Positions 23,891 through 32,000 are shown, counted from the first letter of the stretch. The stretch is DNA of 32,000 nucleotides from an uncultured Opitutales bacterium (GCA_934613415.1 CAKTSY010000001.1:120001-152000); one strand, 5' to 3'. Numbers and translations: made by a program. Notes: generated by a model from the sequence alone, not told the origin.

Positions 23891-25606
23891 ATGGAATTAG
23901 TACTTCACGTTATCGGAGGTTTGGCTATTTTCATTCTCGGAATGAAAATGATGAGCGACGGCTTAAATACCGTTGCGGGCGAAAAAATGCGCACAATTTT
24001 AGGGCTGTTTTCGTCGAACAAATATGTGGCAATCCTTACGGGAGCTACGGTTACGGCGGTAATACAGTCGTCGGGAGCTACAACGGTAATGGTTATAGGT
24101 TTTGTAAACGCAGGCCTATTAAGTTTGGTTCAGGCAATAGGAATTATATTCGGAGCAAACATAGGTACAACAATTACAGCCCAGCTTGTAGCCTTCGACA
24201 TTAGCTGGATTATTATGCCCGCAATCACGCTGGGTTTAGTTGTAAGCTTTATACCCAAGCCAGCAATTCGCAACTGGAGCGAAACAATTATAGGCTTGGG
24301 CTTTTTGTTTTTCGGCATGCAAATAATGGCAGACGATCTTAAAACTTTGTCGGACCACCCTGCGTTTATGTCGGTATTTCAAACATTTCAATGTATGCCA
24401 ACCGAAAGTGGATATATTCCGTTTTTTGCGCTTTTGGGAGCTATGGGCGTGGGTCTTTTGGTTACGGTTTTAATGCAAAGTTCTTCGGCTTGTTCGGGCG
24501 TTATTGTGGCTCTTGGCGCAAGCGGTTTGATAGACATTTATACGGCAACGGCATTGATATTCGGCAGCAACATCGGCAGCACGGTAACGGCACAGCTTGC
24601 GGCAATTCCCGCAAACCGCGTTGCAAAACAAGCGGCAATGGCCCATACGCTTTTTAATTTACTTGGCGTTTTGATAATTGTGGCAACCTTCTACATTCCA
24701 ATTTCGGGCGACCCTATTTTCTTTAAAATTGTAAGAATGTCGTGCAAGGCGGGCGATATCCCGCGCGAAATTGCAAACGCGCATACAATTTTCAATGTTT
24801 GCGCAACCATAATTTTAGTCCCCTTTATCCCCCTATTGGCAAGAATTTGCGAAAAGATTGTACCTGTAAGAGAAGAAAAGGTAAAATACCAAAGGCTGGA
24901 ACCGCACTTCTTAAATGCGCCCTCCATAGCCTTGGCGCAAACTGCGGGGGCGTTGCGCAAAATGCTTAAAAAGTCGTGGAAAATGGTAGACTGCACCTTA
25001 AAAATGTACAACCAAAACGACGACCGCAACAAGAATATGGTTGCCCAGCTTGAAGAACGTGAAAACGATGTAGATATTCGCCAAAAAGACATTACCGAAT
25101 ATCTTGCCAAGCTAATGCAAAAGAACCTTACCCAAAACGAAGCCGAGCAAATACCCGTTCTATTGCACTGCACAAACGACGCCGAACGTATTGGCGACTT
25201 GACGTTTGTAATACATTCCGTAATGGAACGAATGCTTAAAAACAAATATTCTTTTAGCCCCGAGGCCGAAAACGAATTCAACCAAATTTGTCAAAAGCTA
25301 AACTCTTTGGCGGAATTTTCGATTTCGCTTTTGGAGAAGAAAACCCCCGACGCCCAAAAGATTTCGGATATGTTTAGAAGCGACATTGTAGACACGCTAA
25401 GCCGTCTGGAAACCGAGCATATGGAGCGCATTAAAAACGGCAAATGCCGTCCCGAAGTGGGTATTTTATATTTGGAAATGCTCGAAGCCATGCGCAAAAT
25501 TTCTAAGAACCTATTTAACATAGTAGAACGTGCCTCGAACTTTTACGACAAAATCCCCAAAGTAGATTCCGCAAAGGTTAAATCCTTTGCAAAACCCATG
25601 GCATAA
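23891..25606 (+). CDS. Na+/phosphate cotransporter family protein (NptA/YjbB-like) with C-terminal PhoU-like domain
   Basis: GGLAIFILGMKMMSDGL...TGATVTAVIQSSGATTVMVIGFVNAGLLSL.QAIGIIFGANIGTTITAQL, and the repeat LMQSSSACSGVIVAL...ALIFGSNIGSTVTAQL, are the duplicated Na_Pi_cotrans signatures. The C-terminal 200 aa are helical and PhoU-like (NDAERIGD). Confidence 0.85.
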   Translation: MELVLHVIGGLAIFILGMKMMSDGLNTVAGEKMRTILGLFSSNKYVAILTGATVTAVIQSSGATTVMVIGFVNAGLLSLVQAIGIIFGANIGTTITAQLVAFDISWIIMPAITLGLVVSFIPKPAIRNWSETIIGLGFLFFGMQIMADDLKTLSDHPAFMSVFQTFQCMPTESGYIPFFALLGAMGVGLLVTVLMQSSSACSGVIVALGASGLIDIYTATALIFGSNIGSTVTAQLAAIPANRVAKQAAMAHTLFNLLGVLIIVATFYIPISGDPIFFKIVRMSCKAGDIPREIANAHTIFNVCATIILVPFIPLLARICEKIVPVREEKVKYQRLEPHFLNAPSIALAQTAGALRKMLKKSWKMVDCTLKMYNQNDDRNKNMVAQLEERENDVDIRQKDITEYLAKLMQKNLTQNEAEQIPVLLHCTNDAERIGDLTFVIHSVMERMLKNKYSFSPEAENEFNQICQKLNSLAEFSISLLEKKTPDAQKISDMFRSDIVDTLSRLETEHMERIKNGKCRPEVGILYLEMLEAMRKISKNLFNIVERASNFYDKIPKVDSAKVKSFAKPMA

Positions 25607-25617
25607 AAATTTATAAT

Positions 25618-25650
25618 GCGCAAAGCCCGAAAAACTTTGCGTATTTTTTT
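25618..25650 (+). terminator. rho-independent terminator after Na/Pi cotransporter gene
   Basis: CGCAAAG (25619-25625) pairs with CTTTGCG (25635-25641), followed by TATTTTTTT. Confidence 0.65.
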
Positions 25651-25710
25651 GGAAAAGCTCCCGCGCTTTTTTGCTTGTAGTTATTGGCGCAACAACTAGC
25701 ATTTTAGGCT

Positions 25711-26343
25711 ATGTTAAACGGCAGAATCCACTATATGACACACCCTTTAATTAAGCATAAAATTTCTATGCTTAGAGACGAAAATACTCCCACAAGCGAA
25801 TTTCGTAGGCTTGTTAGGGAAATTTCGCTACTTATAGGGTTCGAAGCCACCCAAAAGCTTTCGCTTAAAAGCAAACCGGTTAAAACCCCATTGGAAACAA
25901 CCTGCGGCGAATTTGTTGAAACGCCCGTTTTGCTTGTACCCATTTTGCGCGCGGGGCTTGGTATGGTAGACGCCCTTTTAGAGCTTATGCCCTTTGCAAG
26001 CACCGGCCACATTGGCCTGTATAGAGACCACAAAACAAAAGAGCCTGTGGAATATTACTGCAAACTGCCCCCAAACGCCGACAAATGCAAAGTTTTTGTG
26101 CTAGACCCAATGTTGGCAACGGGCGGCAGTGCGGCTGCCGCAATTACAATGCTAAAAAAGCGCGGCATAAAAGATATTACCATGCTAAACATTGTTTCGG
26201 CACCCCAAGGCGAAGAAACTTTAACTAAAGCCCACCCAGATGTAGACATATACATTGGTGCGCACGACCGCGACTTGAACGAAAACGCATACATTCTGCC
26301 GGGGCTTGGCGACGCGGGCGACAGGCTTTTTGGAACACTTTAA
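25711..26343 (+). CDS. upp: uracil phosphoribosyltransferase
   Basis: HPLIKHKISMLRDENT...PILRAGLGM...VLDPMLATGGSAAAAI (PRPP-binding loop)...YILPGLGDAGDRLFGT is the canonical Upp pattern. An alternative start exists at 25735. Confidence 0.92.
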   Translation: MLNGRIHYMTHPLIKHKISMLRDENTPTSEFRRLVREISLLIGFEATQKLSLKSKPVKTPLETTCGEFVETPVLLVPILRAGLGMVDALLELMPFASTGHIGLYRDHKTKEPVEYYCKLPPNADKCKVFVLDPMLATGGSAAAAITMLKKRGIKDITMLNIVSAPQGEETLTKAHPDVDIYIGAHDRDLNENAYILPGLGDAGDRLFGTL

Positions 26344-26355
26344 CAAATAATAACA

Positions 26356-27141
26356 ATGAAACTTTTAACATTTTTTGCACTAATTGCCTTTTGCACCTGC
26401 TCGTTTGCGCAGATAAAATGCCAGTGGAACGACAAAAAAGTTGCGTTTTTGGGCGACTCGATTTCCGACAAGGCCCACATTGGAACCAAGAAGAACTATT
26501 GGCAGTTTTTAGAGGAAACTTTGGGCATTAAACCCGTTGTATACGCCATAAACGGAAGCCAATTTTCGGGGCTTACGGCGCAGGCAAGGCTTGCAAAAAA
26601 AGACCACCCCGACATAGACGCCGTTATTGTATTTGCAGGCACAAACGATTTTAACCGCTCCGTTCCCATAGGCGAATGGTTTTCGTACGACTACAAAAAA
26701 GTTCAAGCCGACGACAAAACAGAGCTTAGAAAACACAACAATTTGGTTTTAGACAAAAGCACGCTTAAAGGCAGAATAAACGTTTTAATGACGCTGCTAA
26801 AAAGCGAGTTTCCCGATAAACAGATTATATTTTTAACGCCCATACACCGTAGCTACGCCAAATTCGGCGAAAAAAACATACAACCCGACGAAAGCTACGC
26901 CAACGCTTTGGGGCTTTTTATAGACGACTATGTTAAGGCGGTAAAAGAAACCTCAAACATTTGGGCGGTTCCCGTAATAGACTTAAATTCTATTTGCGGG
27001 CTTTATCCGAACGACCCCAAACACTACCAATATTTCTCGAACAAAGACACAGACAGGCTTCACCCGAACGCAAAAGGCCACCAAAGAATGGCAATGGCGT
27101 TAACCTATGCACTTTTACAATATCCTGCAACATTCGAATAA
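26356..27141 (+). CDS. secreted SGNH/GDSL-family hydrolase (esterase)
   Basis: Signal peptide MKLLTFFALIAFCTCSFA. Block I is VAFLGDSISD (catalytic Ser), block III is FAGTNDF, and block V is DRLHPNAKGH (the D-x-x-H motif). Confidence 0.8.
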   Translation: MKLLTFFALIAFCTCSFAQIKCQWNDKKVAFLGDSISDKAHIGTKKNYWQFLEETLGIKPVVYAINGSQFSGLTAQARLAKKDHPDIDAVIVFAGTNDFNRSVPIGEWFSYDYKKVQADDKTELRKHNNLVLDKSTLKGRINVLMTLLKSEFPDKQIIFLTPIHRSYAKFGEKNIQPDESYANALGLFIDDYVKAVKETSNIWAVPVIDLNSICGLYPNDPKHYQYFSNKDTDRLHPNAKGHQRMAMALTYALLQYPATFE

Positions 27142-27145
27142 GAAT

Positions 27146-28390
27146 ATGAAAAAACAACTTGCAATTATATTTGCGCTAAGTGCCCTATTGTGCGGCTGCA
27201 CCACGCCAAGCGTAAACCCAAAAATTAAGGAATACAACGCCTTTTACCCGTCAAAAATCTGGCTAGACAACAACGGCCGCCACATAAACGCTCACGGAGC
27301 GGGCTTTATTTTCGACGGCGGCAAATATTATATGTTCGGCGAACACAAGCTTGGCGGCGTTTTGGGCAATATGTCGGTTGTGGGCGTACATTGCTATAGC
27401 TCGCAAGATTTGTATAACTGGAAAGATATGGGCATTGCCCTAGAAATGTCCGACAACCCCGAAAGCGAAATTTTTGTTGGAGCTGTAATCGAACGCCCTA
27501 AAGTTTTGTTCAATAAAAAAACGGGCAAATATGTAATGTTTTTCCACCTAGAACCGCGCAAGGGCAAAACTGCAAAAGACCCAAGTTTAAGCGTTATAGA
27601 AAAGGAAAGCCCCGACTATTCCTCGGCACTGCTGGGCTTTGCCGTGGCAAACAGCGTTGAAGGCCCATATAAATTTGTAAAAGCCCAACGCCTGCACGCA
27701 AACGTTTTGCCGCAAAACGCCTCCGAAGAACTGGTAGACTTGGTAAAATCAGGCAGGCAAAACAAAGAAATGACTTTTAACGGAGCTTCGATAAAAAACG
27801 GAACTCCCAACGACATTTTTGCAAAACATTTTAAGGAAGGCCAATATAGCCGCGACTTTACCGCCTTTTTAGACGACGACGGCAAAGCCTATATTATATC
27901 GGCTTCGCTGGGCAATTCTTCGCTTATTGTTTCGCAGTTAGACGAAAGCTTTTTAAATTTTACAGGCAAATACACGTTAAACTTTATCGGACAATATCAC
28001 GAAGCCCCCGCACTTTTTAAGGCAAAATGCAAATACTATATGTTTTCGTCGCACTGCACGGGTTGGGCACCCAATGCTGGCAGAGTTTCGGTGGCAAACA
28101 ACGTAATGGGCCCGTGGTACGAGCTTGGCAACCCCTGCCGCGGCAAAGGCCAGCCCGAAACAAAATTCACCCCCAACGCCGACGCCGACACAACTTTCCG
28201 CTCGCAAAGCACTGCGGTAATTAAAGTACAAAACAAGCCCGATTCGTTCATTTACGTTGGCGACCGTTGGAACCCGAACGACGCCATAGACGGCAGATAC
28301 ATATTCCTGCCCATACAGTGGGAAAACGACACCCCCGTATTCTACTGGCAAGACAAGTGGGACTTGTCGTTTTTCGATAAAAAGAATTAA
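27146..28390 (+). CDS. glycoside hydrolase family 43 lipoprotein (possibly subfamily-24-like exo-beta-1,3-galactanase type)
   Basis: I prefer ATG 27146 (MKKQLAIIFALSALLCG|CTTPS, signal peptide plus lipobox) over the track start at 27107, which overlaps the upstream gene. The five-bladed-propeller motifs are HGAGFIFDGGKYYMFGE, ERPKVLFNKKTGKYVMFFH and HEAPALFKAKCKYYMFSSHCTGWAPN. The subfamily is a guess made by eye. Confidence 0.75.
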   Translation: MKKQLAIIFALSALLCGCTTPSVNPKIKEYNAFYPSKIWLDNNGRHINAHGAGFIFDGGKYYMFGEHKLGGVLGNMSVVGVHCYSSQDLYNWKDMGIALEMSDNPESEIFVGAVIERPKVLFNKKTGKYVMFFHLEPRKGKTAKDPSLSVIEKESPDYSSALLGFAVANSVEGPYKFVKAQRLHANVLPQNASEELVDLVKSGRQNKEMTFNGASIKNGTPNDIFAKHFKEGQYSRDFTAFLDDDGKAYIISASLGNSSLIVSQLDESFLNFTGKYTLNFIGQYHEAPALFKAKCKYYMFSSHCTGWAPNAGRVSVANNVMGPWYELGNPCRGKGQPETKFTPNADADTTFRSQSTAVIKVQNKPDSFIYVGDRWNPNDAIDGRYIFLPIQWENDTPVFYWQDKWDLSFFDKKN

Positions 28391-28415
28391 ATAAGCTTTC
28401 TGCTTAATTTCCGCA

Positions 28416-28450
28416 AAACGCCCGTATTAACAAATGGGCGTTTTTTATTT
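28416..28450 (+). terminator. rho-independent terminator after GH43 gene
   Basis: AACGCCC (28417-28423) pairs with GGGCGTT (28436-28442) within the run GGGCGTTTTTTATTTT. Confidence 0.7.
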
Positions 28451-28491
28451 TACAAACATAACAACATAAAAACAAAGCTATTACAATAAAA

Positions 28492-28505
28492 TGAACAAAT
28501 GTTCA
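28492..28505. promoter_or_regulatory. palindrome TGAAC-AAAT-GTTCA (operator candidate 1)
   Basis: Perfect 5+5 inverted repeat with a 4-nt spacer, located immediately upstream of a TTGACA hexamer. Confidence 0.5.
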
Positions 28506-28513
28506 CTTAAATA

Positions 28514-28542
28514 TTGACACCAAATGAACGTTTGTTCATTAT
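28514..28542 (+). promoter_or_regulatory. candidate promoter of the fadL-like gene
   Basis: TTGACA (28514-28519), a 17-nt spacer, then CATTAT (28537-28542). The ATG at 28552 is only about 10 nt downstream, which implies a very short or absent leader. Confidence 0.4.
28525..28538. promoter_or_regulatory. palindrome TGAAC-GTTT-GTTCA (operator candidate 2)
   Basis: Perfect 5+5 inverted repeat, extendable to ATGAAC..GTTCAT at 28524-28539. It overlaps the spacer and -10 region of the candidate promoter. Its centre lies 33 bp from the centre of operator 1. Confidence 0.5.
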
Positions 28543-28551
28543 TGCGCTTGT

Positions 28552-29805
28552 ATGATAAATAAACTTAGGTATTTAACGGCATTTTCGGTTGCATTTTTAG
28601 GCTTTGCCACAACAAACACATACGCTTGCGGCTTTCAGATTTTAGAGCAAGGGGCTTCTAACTTGGGCACAGCCGTAGCGGGCGCAGGCGCAAACGCCAA
28701 TAACGACGCATCTGCCGCCTATTGGAACATTGCAAGCGCGGTATATTCAAACCTAAACATTGGCGAAACAAGGATAGACATTTCCGCAAACCTTATAATA
28801 CCAAGCCTAAGTTTAGACGCCTCCGAAAGCTCGAACTATTTGGGCGAAAGTTTCGGCACAATAGAAAACTGCGCCCCAATTACGCCGCTGCCAAATATGT
28901 TTGTTTTGCATAGATTTTCGGAAGACTTTTACGGCGGGCTTTCAGTTACGGTTCCCTACGGCCTTAGCACCGACTACCCCGAATCTTGGGGCGGCAGGCA
29001 TATGGCAATAACAAGCTACTTAATGTCTATAGATTTTAATCCTTCTGTTTGTTATAAAGTTAACGACTGGTTGTCGGTTGGCTGCGGCATTTCGGCGCAA
29101 TATTTCTATGCAAAGCTTACTCAAGACAGACCCATAACCAACCAAAGAATTAGGCTTACCGCCGACTCTTGGAGCGTTGGCGGCAACATAGGCTTTGCGG
29201 TAAACTACGCAAAAGACGGCCGCTTTGCCTTTGCCTGGCGCAGCTCTGTTTCGCAAGAGCTTAGTGGCAACGGCACAATGGGCAATATAAACGCCCCCGT
29301 TTCTACCGTAATCGACACTCCCCACACTTTCAATATTAGCTGGTATCAAAGGCTTTGGGGCAAGCTCAACAACTTTGCCGTTATGGCCGACTACACATAC
29401 ACAATGTGGTCGCTCTTCGAAAATTTAGATATTAAAAGCCCCGTCTTTGCCTCGTATAGATACGAAAACTGGAAAGATACTTCTAGAATTTCGTTCGGCA
29501 TGCACTACTACCCCGATTTTAACGAAAAGCTTGTGCTTAGAATTGGCACGGCTTTCGACGAAACTCCCATACGCTCGTACGAATATAGAACCGCGCGCAT
29601 TCCCTGCGCCGACAGGCTTTGGCTTACCTGCGGCTTCGGCTACGTCTTTAACGAGAAAATCTCGATGGACTTCGGCTATCAATATCTTTTCTTTATAGGA
29701 AATACAAATGTAGACGAAGTACCAACTACCCCCTACGCGAATGTGAAGGGACACTACTTTGGCAACAACCAAACGGTTGCGCTGCAAATAAGCCTAAAGT
29801 TTTAG
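28552..29805 (+). CDS. outer-membrane transport protein, FadL/OmpP1/TodX family
   Basis: A signal peptide ending TNTYA is followed by GFQILEQGASNLGTAVAGAGANANNDASAAYWNIAS. This matches the FadL-family N-terminal hatch pattern (eqsa..lG.A.AG.aa.a.DaS..f.NPA). The rest has beta-barrel-like alternating sequence and a C-terminal aromatic residue (LKF). Confidence 0.8.
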   Translation: MINKLRYLTAFSVAFLGFATTNTYACGFQILEQGASNLGTAVAGAGANANNDASAAYWNIASAVYSNLNIGETRIDISANLIIPSLSLDASESSNYLGESFGTIENCAPITPLPNMFVLHRFSEDFYGGLSVTVPYGLSTDYPESWGGRHMAITSYLMSIDFNPSVCYKVNDWLSVGCGISAQYFYAKLTQDRPITNQRIRLTADSWSVGGNIGFAVNYAKDGRFAFAWRSSVSQELSGNGTMGNINAPVSTVIDTPHTFNISWYQRLWGKLNNFAVMADYTYTMWSLFENLDIKSPVFASYRYENWKDTSRISFGMHYYPDFNEKLVLRIGTAFDETPIRSYEYRTARIPCADRLWLTCGFGYVFNEKISMDFGYQYLFFIGNTNVDEVPTTPYANVKGHYFGNNQTVALQISLKF

Positions 29806-29811
29806 CCAAAC

Positions 29812-29850
29812 AAAAGAGCCGCTCTTAAAAAAGAACGGCTTTTTTATTTT
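29812..29850 (+). terminator. rho-independent terminator after fadL-like gene
   Basis: AAAGAGCCG...CGGCTTTTT stem (one mismatch) running into TTTTTTATTTT. Confidence 0.6.
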
Positions 29851-29914
29851 AAACAATACTTGACGAATTTTTAACACTTTTAGATTATCTTTTGCTTAAT
29901 CTTTAGTTGGCTAA

Positions 29915-31234
29915 TTGAACACGGTTTTTATACATTCTTTGGGTTGCAGGGTTAACCAATACGAGGCTGTTGTCTTAAAAGACCTCTTCGGCTCGCTTGG
30001 CTACCAAGTTTTAACTTCGCCCGAAAACGCGTATTTAATTGTGGTAAACACCTGCGCGCTTACGTCGTTGGCAAGGGCAAAAACGCGCAACAATGTGCGG
30101 CATTTTTTGTCGAAAAGCCCCAATGCAAACGTTGCCCTAACGGGCTGCTACGCCCAAACCGACGCCAACGCCCTATGCGGAATAGAAAACGTAAAATGGG
30201 TTGTAGGCAACGACTATAAATTTGACCTGCCCAACATAATAGCCAACAACCCTCCCGAAAATACGGCAAAGATATTTATGTCGCCTTTTCCCGTGCCACA
30301 GGCAAATGTAGAAACCGAAAATTCGGCTACAACCCCCCTAAGCGACCGGAGCAACATAAAAATCCAAGACGGCTGCAACAATGCATGTTCGTACTGCATA
30401 ATTCCCCGAGCCCGAGGCAGAGCGCGCAGCCGTCCGCTAAAAGATATTAAAGCCGAAGCCCTTTCGCTTGCAAAGCGCGGCGTGCGCGAGCTTATAATTA
30501 CGGGCATAAACATTTCGCAGTATAAAGACGCAAACAACACATTGCTAGACGTTGTAGACAGCCTTTGCAATATAGACGAAATTTTGCGCGTAAGAATAGG
30601 CTCTATAGAGCCGCCGGAATTTCCTCTTGAAGAACTTTTGCAAAGAATGAATTTGCCGAATGCAAAACTTGCGCGGCATTTACATATTGTTGCCCAAAAT
30701 TTGTGCGAAAAAACGCTGGTTAAAATGCGCCGCAAACACACGGTTGCAGATTTTTTAAATATGGTAAAAACGGCGCAAGCCCAGTGCCCCGACATTGCAA
30801 TAGGCACCGACCTTATTTGCGGACACCCCGACGAAAGCGAAAGCGACTTTTTAGAGTGTATGGACATTCTACAAAAGTCTAAACTGGCATACGCGCACGT
30901 TTTCACGTTTTCGGCGGCCGACAAAACATTGGCAAAGACAATGCCAAACCAAATTCCCTATTGCGAAAAAAAACGCCGTTCAGACCTTATGCGCAAAGTC
31001 GCCAAACAGCTGCACTATAATTTTGCAAAGGCCCAGCTTGGCAAAACCGGCAAAATTTTGCTAGAAAACAGGCTAGATAACGGAAACTATTTGGGCTATA
31101 CCGACAATTACATTCAGTGCGAGGTTGCAAATTTAAACAAAAACGGCCTAAAAAACACACTTGTAGAGGCAAATTTGGCAAAAATTACACCGCAAGGTAA
31201 AATCGAGGCTGTTTTCGATAAAATAATAGTCTAA
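29915..31234 (+). CDS. mtaB: tRNA t6A37 methylthiotransferase MtaB (radical SAM, MiaB-like)
   Basis: The TTG start at 29915 is immediately preceded by an in-frame TAA, so no upstream start is possible. SLGCRVNQYEA is the MtaB-type N-terminal UPF0004 motif. CNNACSYCIIPRARG is the radical-SAM CxxxCxxC motif. There is a C-terminal TRAM-like segment. Confidence 0.85.
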   Translation: MNTVFIHSLGCRVNQYEAVVLKDLFGSLGYQVLTSPENAYLIVVNTCALTSLARAKTRNNVRHFLSKSPNANVALTGCYAQTDANALCGIENVKWVVGNDYKFDLPNIIANNPPENTAKIFMSPFPVPQANVETENSATTPLSDRSNIKIQDGCNNACSYCIIPRARGRARSRPLKDIKAEALSLAKRGVRELIITGINISQYKDANNTLLDVVDSLCNIDEILRVRIGSIEPPEFPLEELLQRMNLPNAKLARHLHIVAQNLCEKTLVKMRRKHTVADFLNMVKTAQAQCPDIAIGTDLICGHPDESESDFLECMDILQKSKLAYAHVFTFSAADKTLAKTMPNQIPYCEKKRRSDLMRKVAKQLHYNFAKAQLGKTGKILLENRLDNGNYLGYTDNYIQCEVANLNKNGLKNTLVEANLAKITPQGKIEAVFDKIIV

Positions 31235-31316
31235 TAAAACTTGACCCGAACACTGGCTTGCTCCATGATTTAAGACTTTATTTAACACATTTATAGACAA
31301 TTTTACAATATAACAG

Positions 31317-32000
31317 ATGAACACTAAAATAGAAAATATAAACGACACCAGAAAGAAGGTTTTGGTTTCTTTCGACGGTGCCGAAACCGCAAAAGAAAAA
31401 CAGGCCGTTACAGCCGACTTTGTAAAAAACGCCACAATTCAAGGCTTTAGAAGAGGCAAAGCTCCCGCCGCTATGGTTGTTAAAAAGTTCGAAAAAGACA
31501 TTGCAGCCTCTACCGAAAGACAGCTTTTCCAAAAGGCCATACAAGCCCTTAACGACATTAAGGAATTCGACATTTTCTCGGTTGTAGACGCAAAGCCCCA
31601 GGTAAGCGAAAACGGTGCAGAAATTGAAATTACGGTAGACGTATACCCCGAAGTAAAAGTTCCCTCCGAACTTAAAACGTCGGTAGAGCTCGACAACACG
31701 AAAGCCACAAACGAAGAGGTAGACAAGGTTATGGAATACTACCAAAACCAGTATGCCAAATTTGAAAGCGTAGACCGCGAAGTTAAAAAAGGCGACTTTG
31801 TAAACGTTTCGTACGAAGGCAAAATAGACGGCAAATTGGTATCGGAAATAGTACCTAATGCCACAATGTACGGTACGCAAAAATCCACTTGGGAAGAAGC
31901 CGGCAACGAAAACGCCCCCGGCGTTAAGGCAGTTGTAAACGCCCTTGTTGGAATGAAAAAGGGCGACAAAAAACAGGCCGAAGAAACTTTTGCCGAAGAC
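31317..32000 (+). CDS. tig: trigger factor, N-terminal 228 codons (continues past window)
   Basis: This gene is not in the ORF track because it has no stop in the window. My translation from ATG 31317 gives MNTKIENINDTRKKVLVSFDG...IQGFRRGKAPAAMVVKKF, which contains the ribosome-binding GFRxGxxP signature. It continues ...DVYPEVKVP...VKKGDFVNVSYEGKIDGK, the start of the FKBP-type PPIase domain. The minus-strand ORFs 31278..31880, 31439..31726 and 31739..31969 are antisense shadows. Confidence 0.88.
   Translation, partial: MNTKIENINDTRKKVLVSFDGAETAKEKQAVTADFVKNATIQGFRRGKAPAAMVVKKFEKDIAASTERQLFQKAIQALNDIKEFDIFSVVDAKPQVSENGAEIEITVDVYPEVKVPSELKTSVELDNTKATNEEVDKVMEYYQNQYAKFESVDREVKKGDFVNVSYEGKIDGKLVSEIVPNATMYGTQKSTWEEAGNENAPGVKAVVNALVGMKKGDKKQAEETFAED

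Noticed and set aside
9577-31969. Other long antisense ORFs: 9577..10044+, 10282..10881+, 12176..12712+, 17208..17774-, 17812..18207-, 22059..22583-, 24691..25281-, 30214..30924-, 31278..31880-
   Set aside because: Each lies wholly inside, and opposite to, a gene with strong family motifs (dctM, dctP, the ATPase, GH97, the Na/Pi gene, mtaB, tig). Their sequences are compositionally odd (Arg/Cys/Phe-rich). They are best explained by codon bias suppressing stop codons on the antisense strand.
1-32000. CRISPR arrays, tandem repeats, insertion sequences, toxin-antitoxin pairs or known defence-system genes
   Set aside because: Reading both strands, I saw no regularly spaced direct repeats and no transposase, integrase or nuclease/helicase-type ORFs. 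There are no small adjacent ORF pairs outside the annotated operons. Intergenic regions are short and are accounted for by promoters and terminators.

Overview
Gene-dense (about 90% coding) bacterial chromosomal window containing 29 protein-coding genes (two of them cut by the window edges) and one tRNA. Signal peptides, lipoboxes, a FadL-type outer-membrane protein and a TRAP transporter with a Tat-type binding protein point to a diderm. Most start codons have no Shine-Dalgarno sequence, as in FCB-group-like genomes, but I cannot assign taxonomy from sequence alone.

Content:
(i) Secreted carbohydrate-active enzymes are scattered through the window and are not organised as SusC/D loci. They comprise an unresolved GH, a GH39-like enzyme, GH28, a GH78-like enzyme, GH97, GH43, an alpha/beta esterase and an SGNH esterase.
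(ii) umuDC sits directly behind the GH28 gene and next to a stand-alone tRNA-Val(CAC).
(iii) A minus-strand block encodes a PduO-type adenosyltransferase, then a terminator, then dctP-dctQ-dctM and eutB-eutC. This is an ethanolamine ammonia-lyase locus served by a TRAP transporter, with no microcompartment, eutA, eutH or eutR genes.
(iv) A four-gene plus-strand module encodes two stand-alone cysteine-less HMA-like proteins, a P1B-like P-type ATPase and a small single-pass membrane protein. The ATPase carries the same domain at its N-terminus and has a proline-less S-C-G in place of the CPx transmembrane motif. I consider this the best candidate for an uncharacterised system in the window.
(v) Two tandem GT8 glycosyltransferases.
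(vi) Housekeeping genes: a Na/Pi cotransporter-family gene, upp, mtaB and tig.

Candidate regulatory DNA includes an 18-bp perfect palindrome with related copies upstream of the TRAP/eut operon. There are also two TGAAC-N4-GTTCA palindromes bracketing the fadL-like promoter, and three helically phased TTGCG(C/A)C repeats upstream of the Na/Pi gene.

I found no CRISPR array, integrase, transposase, toxin-antitoxin pair or recognisable defence gene. All family calls rest on motif recognition by eye. No database search was run.
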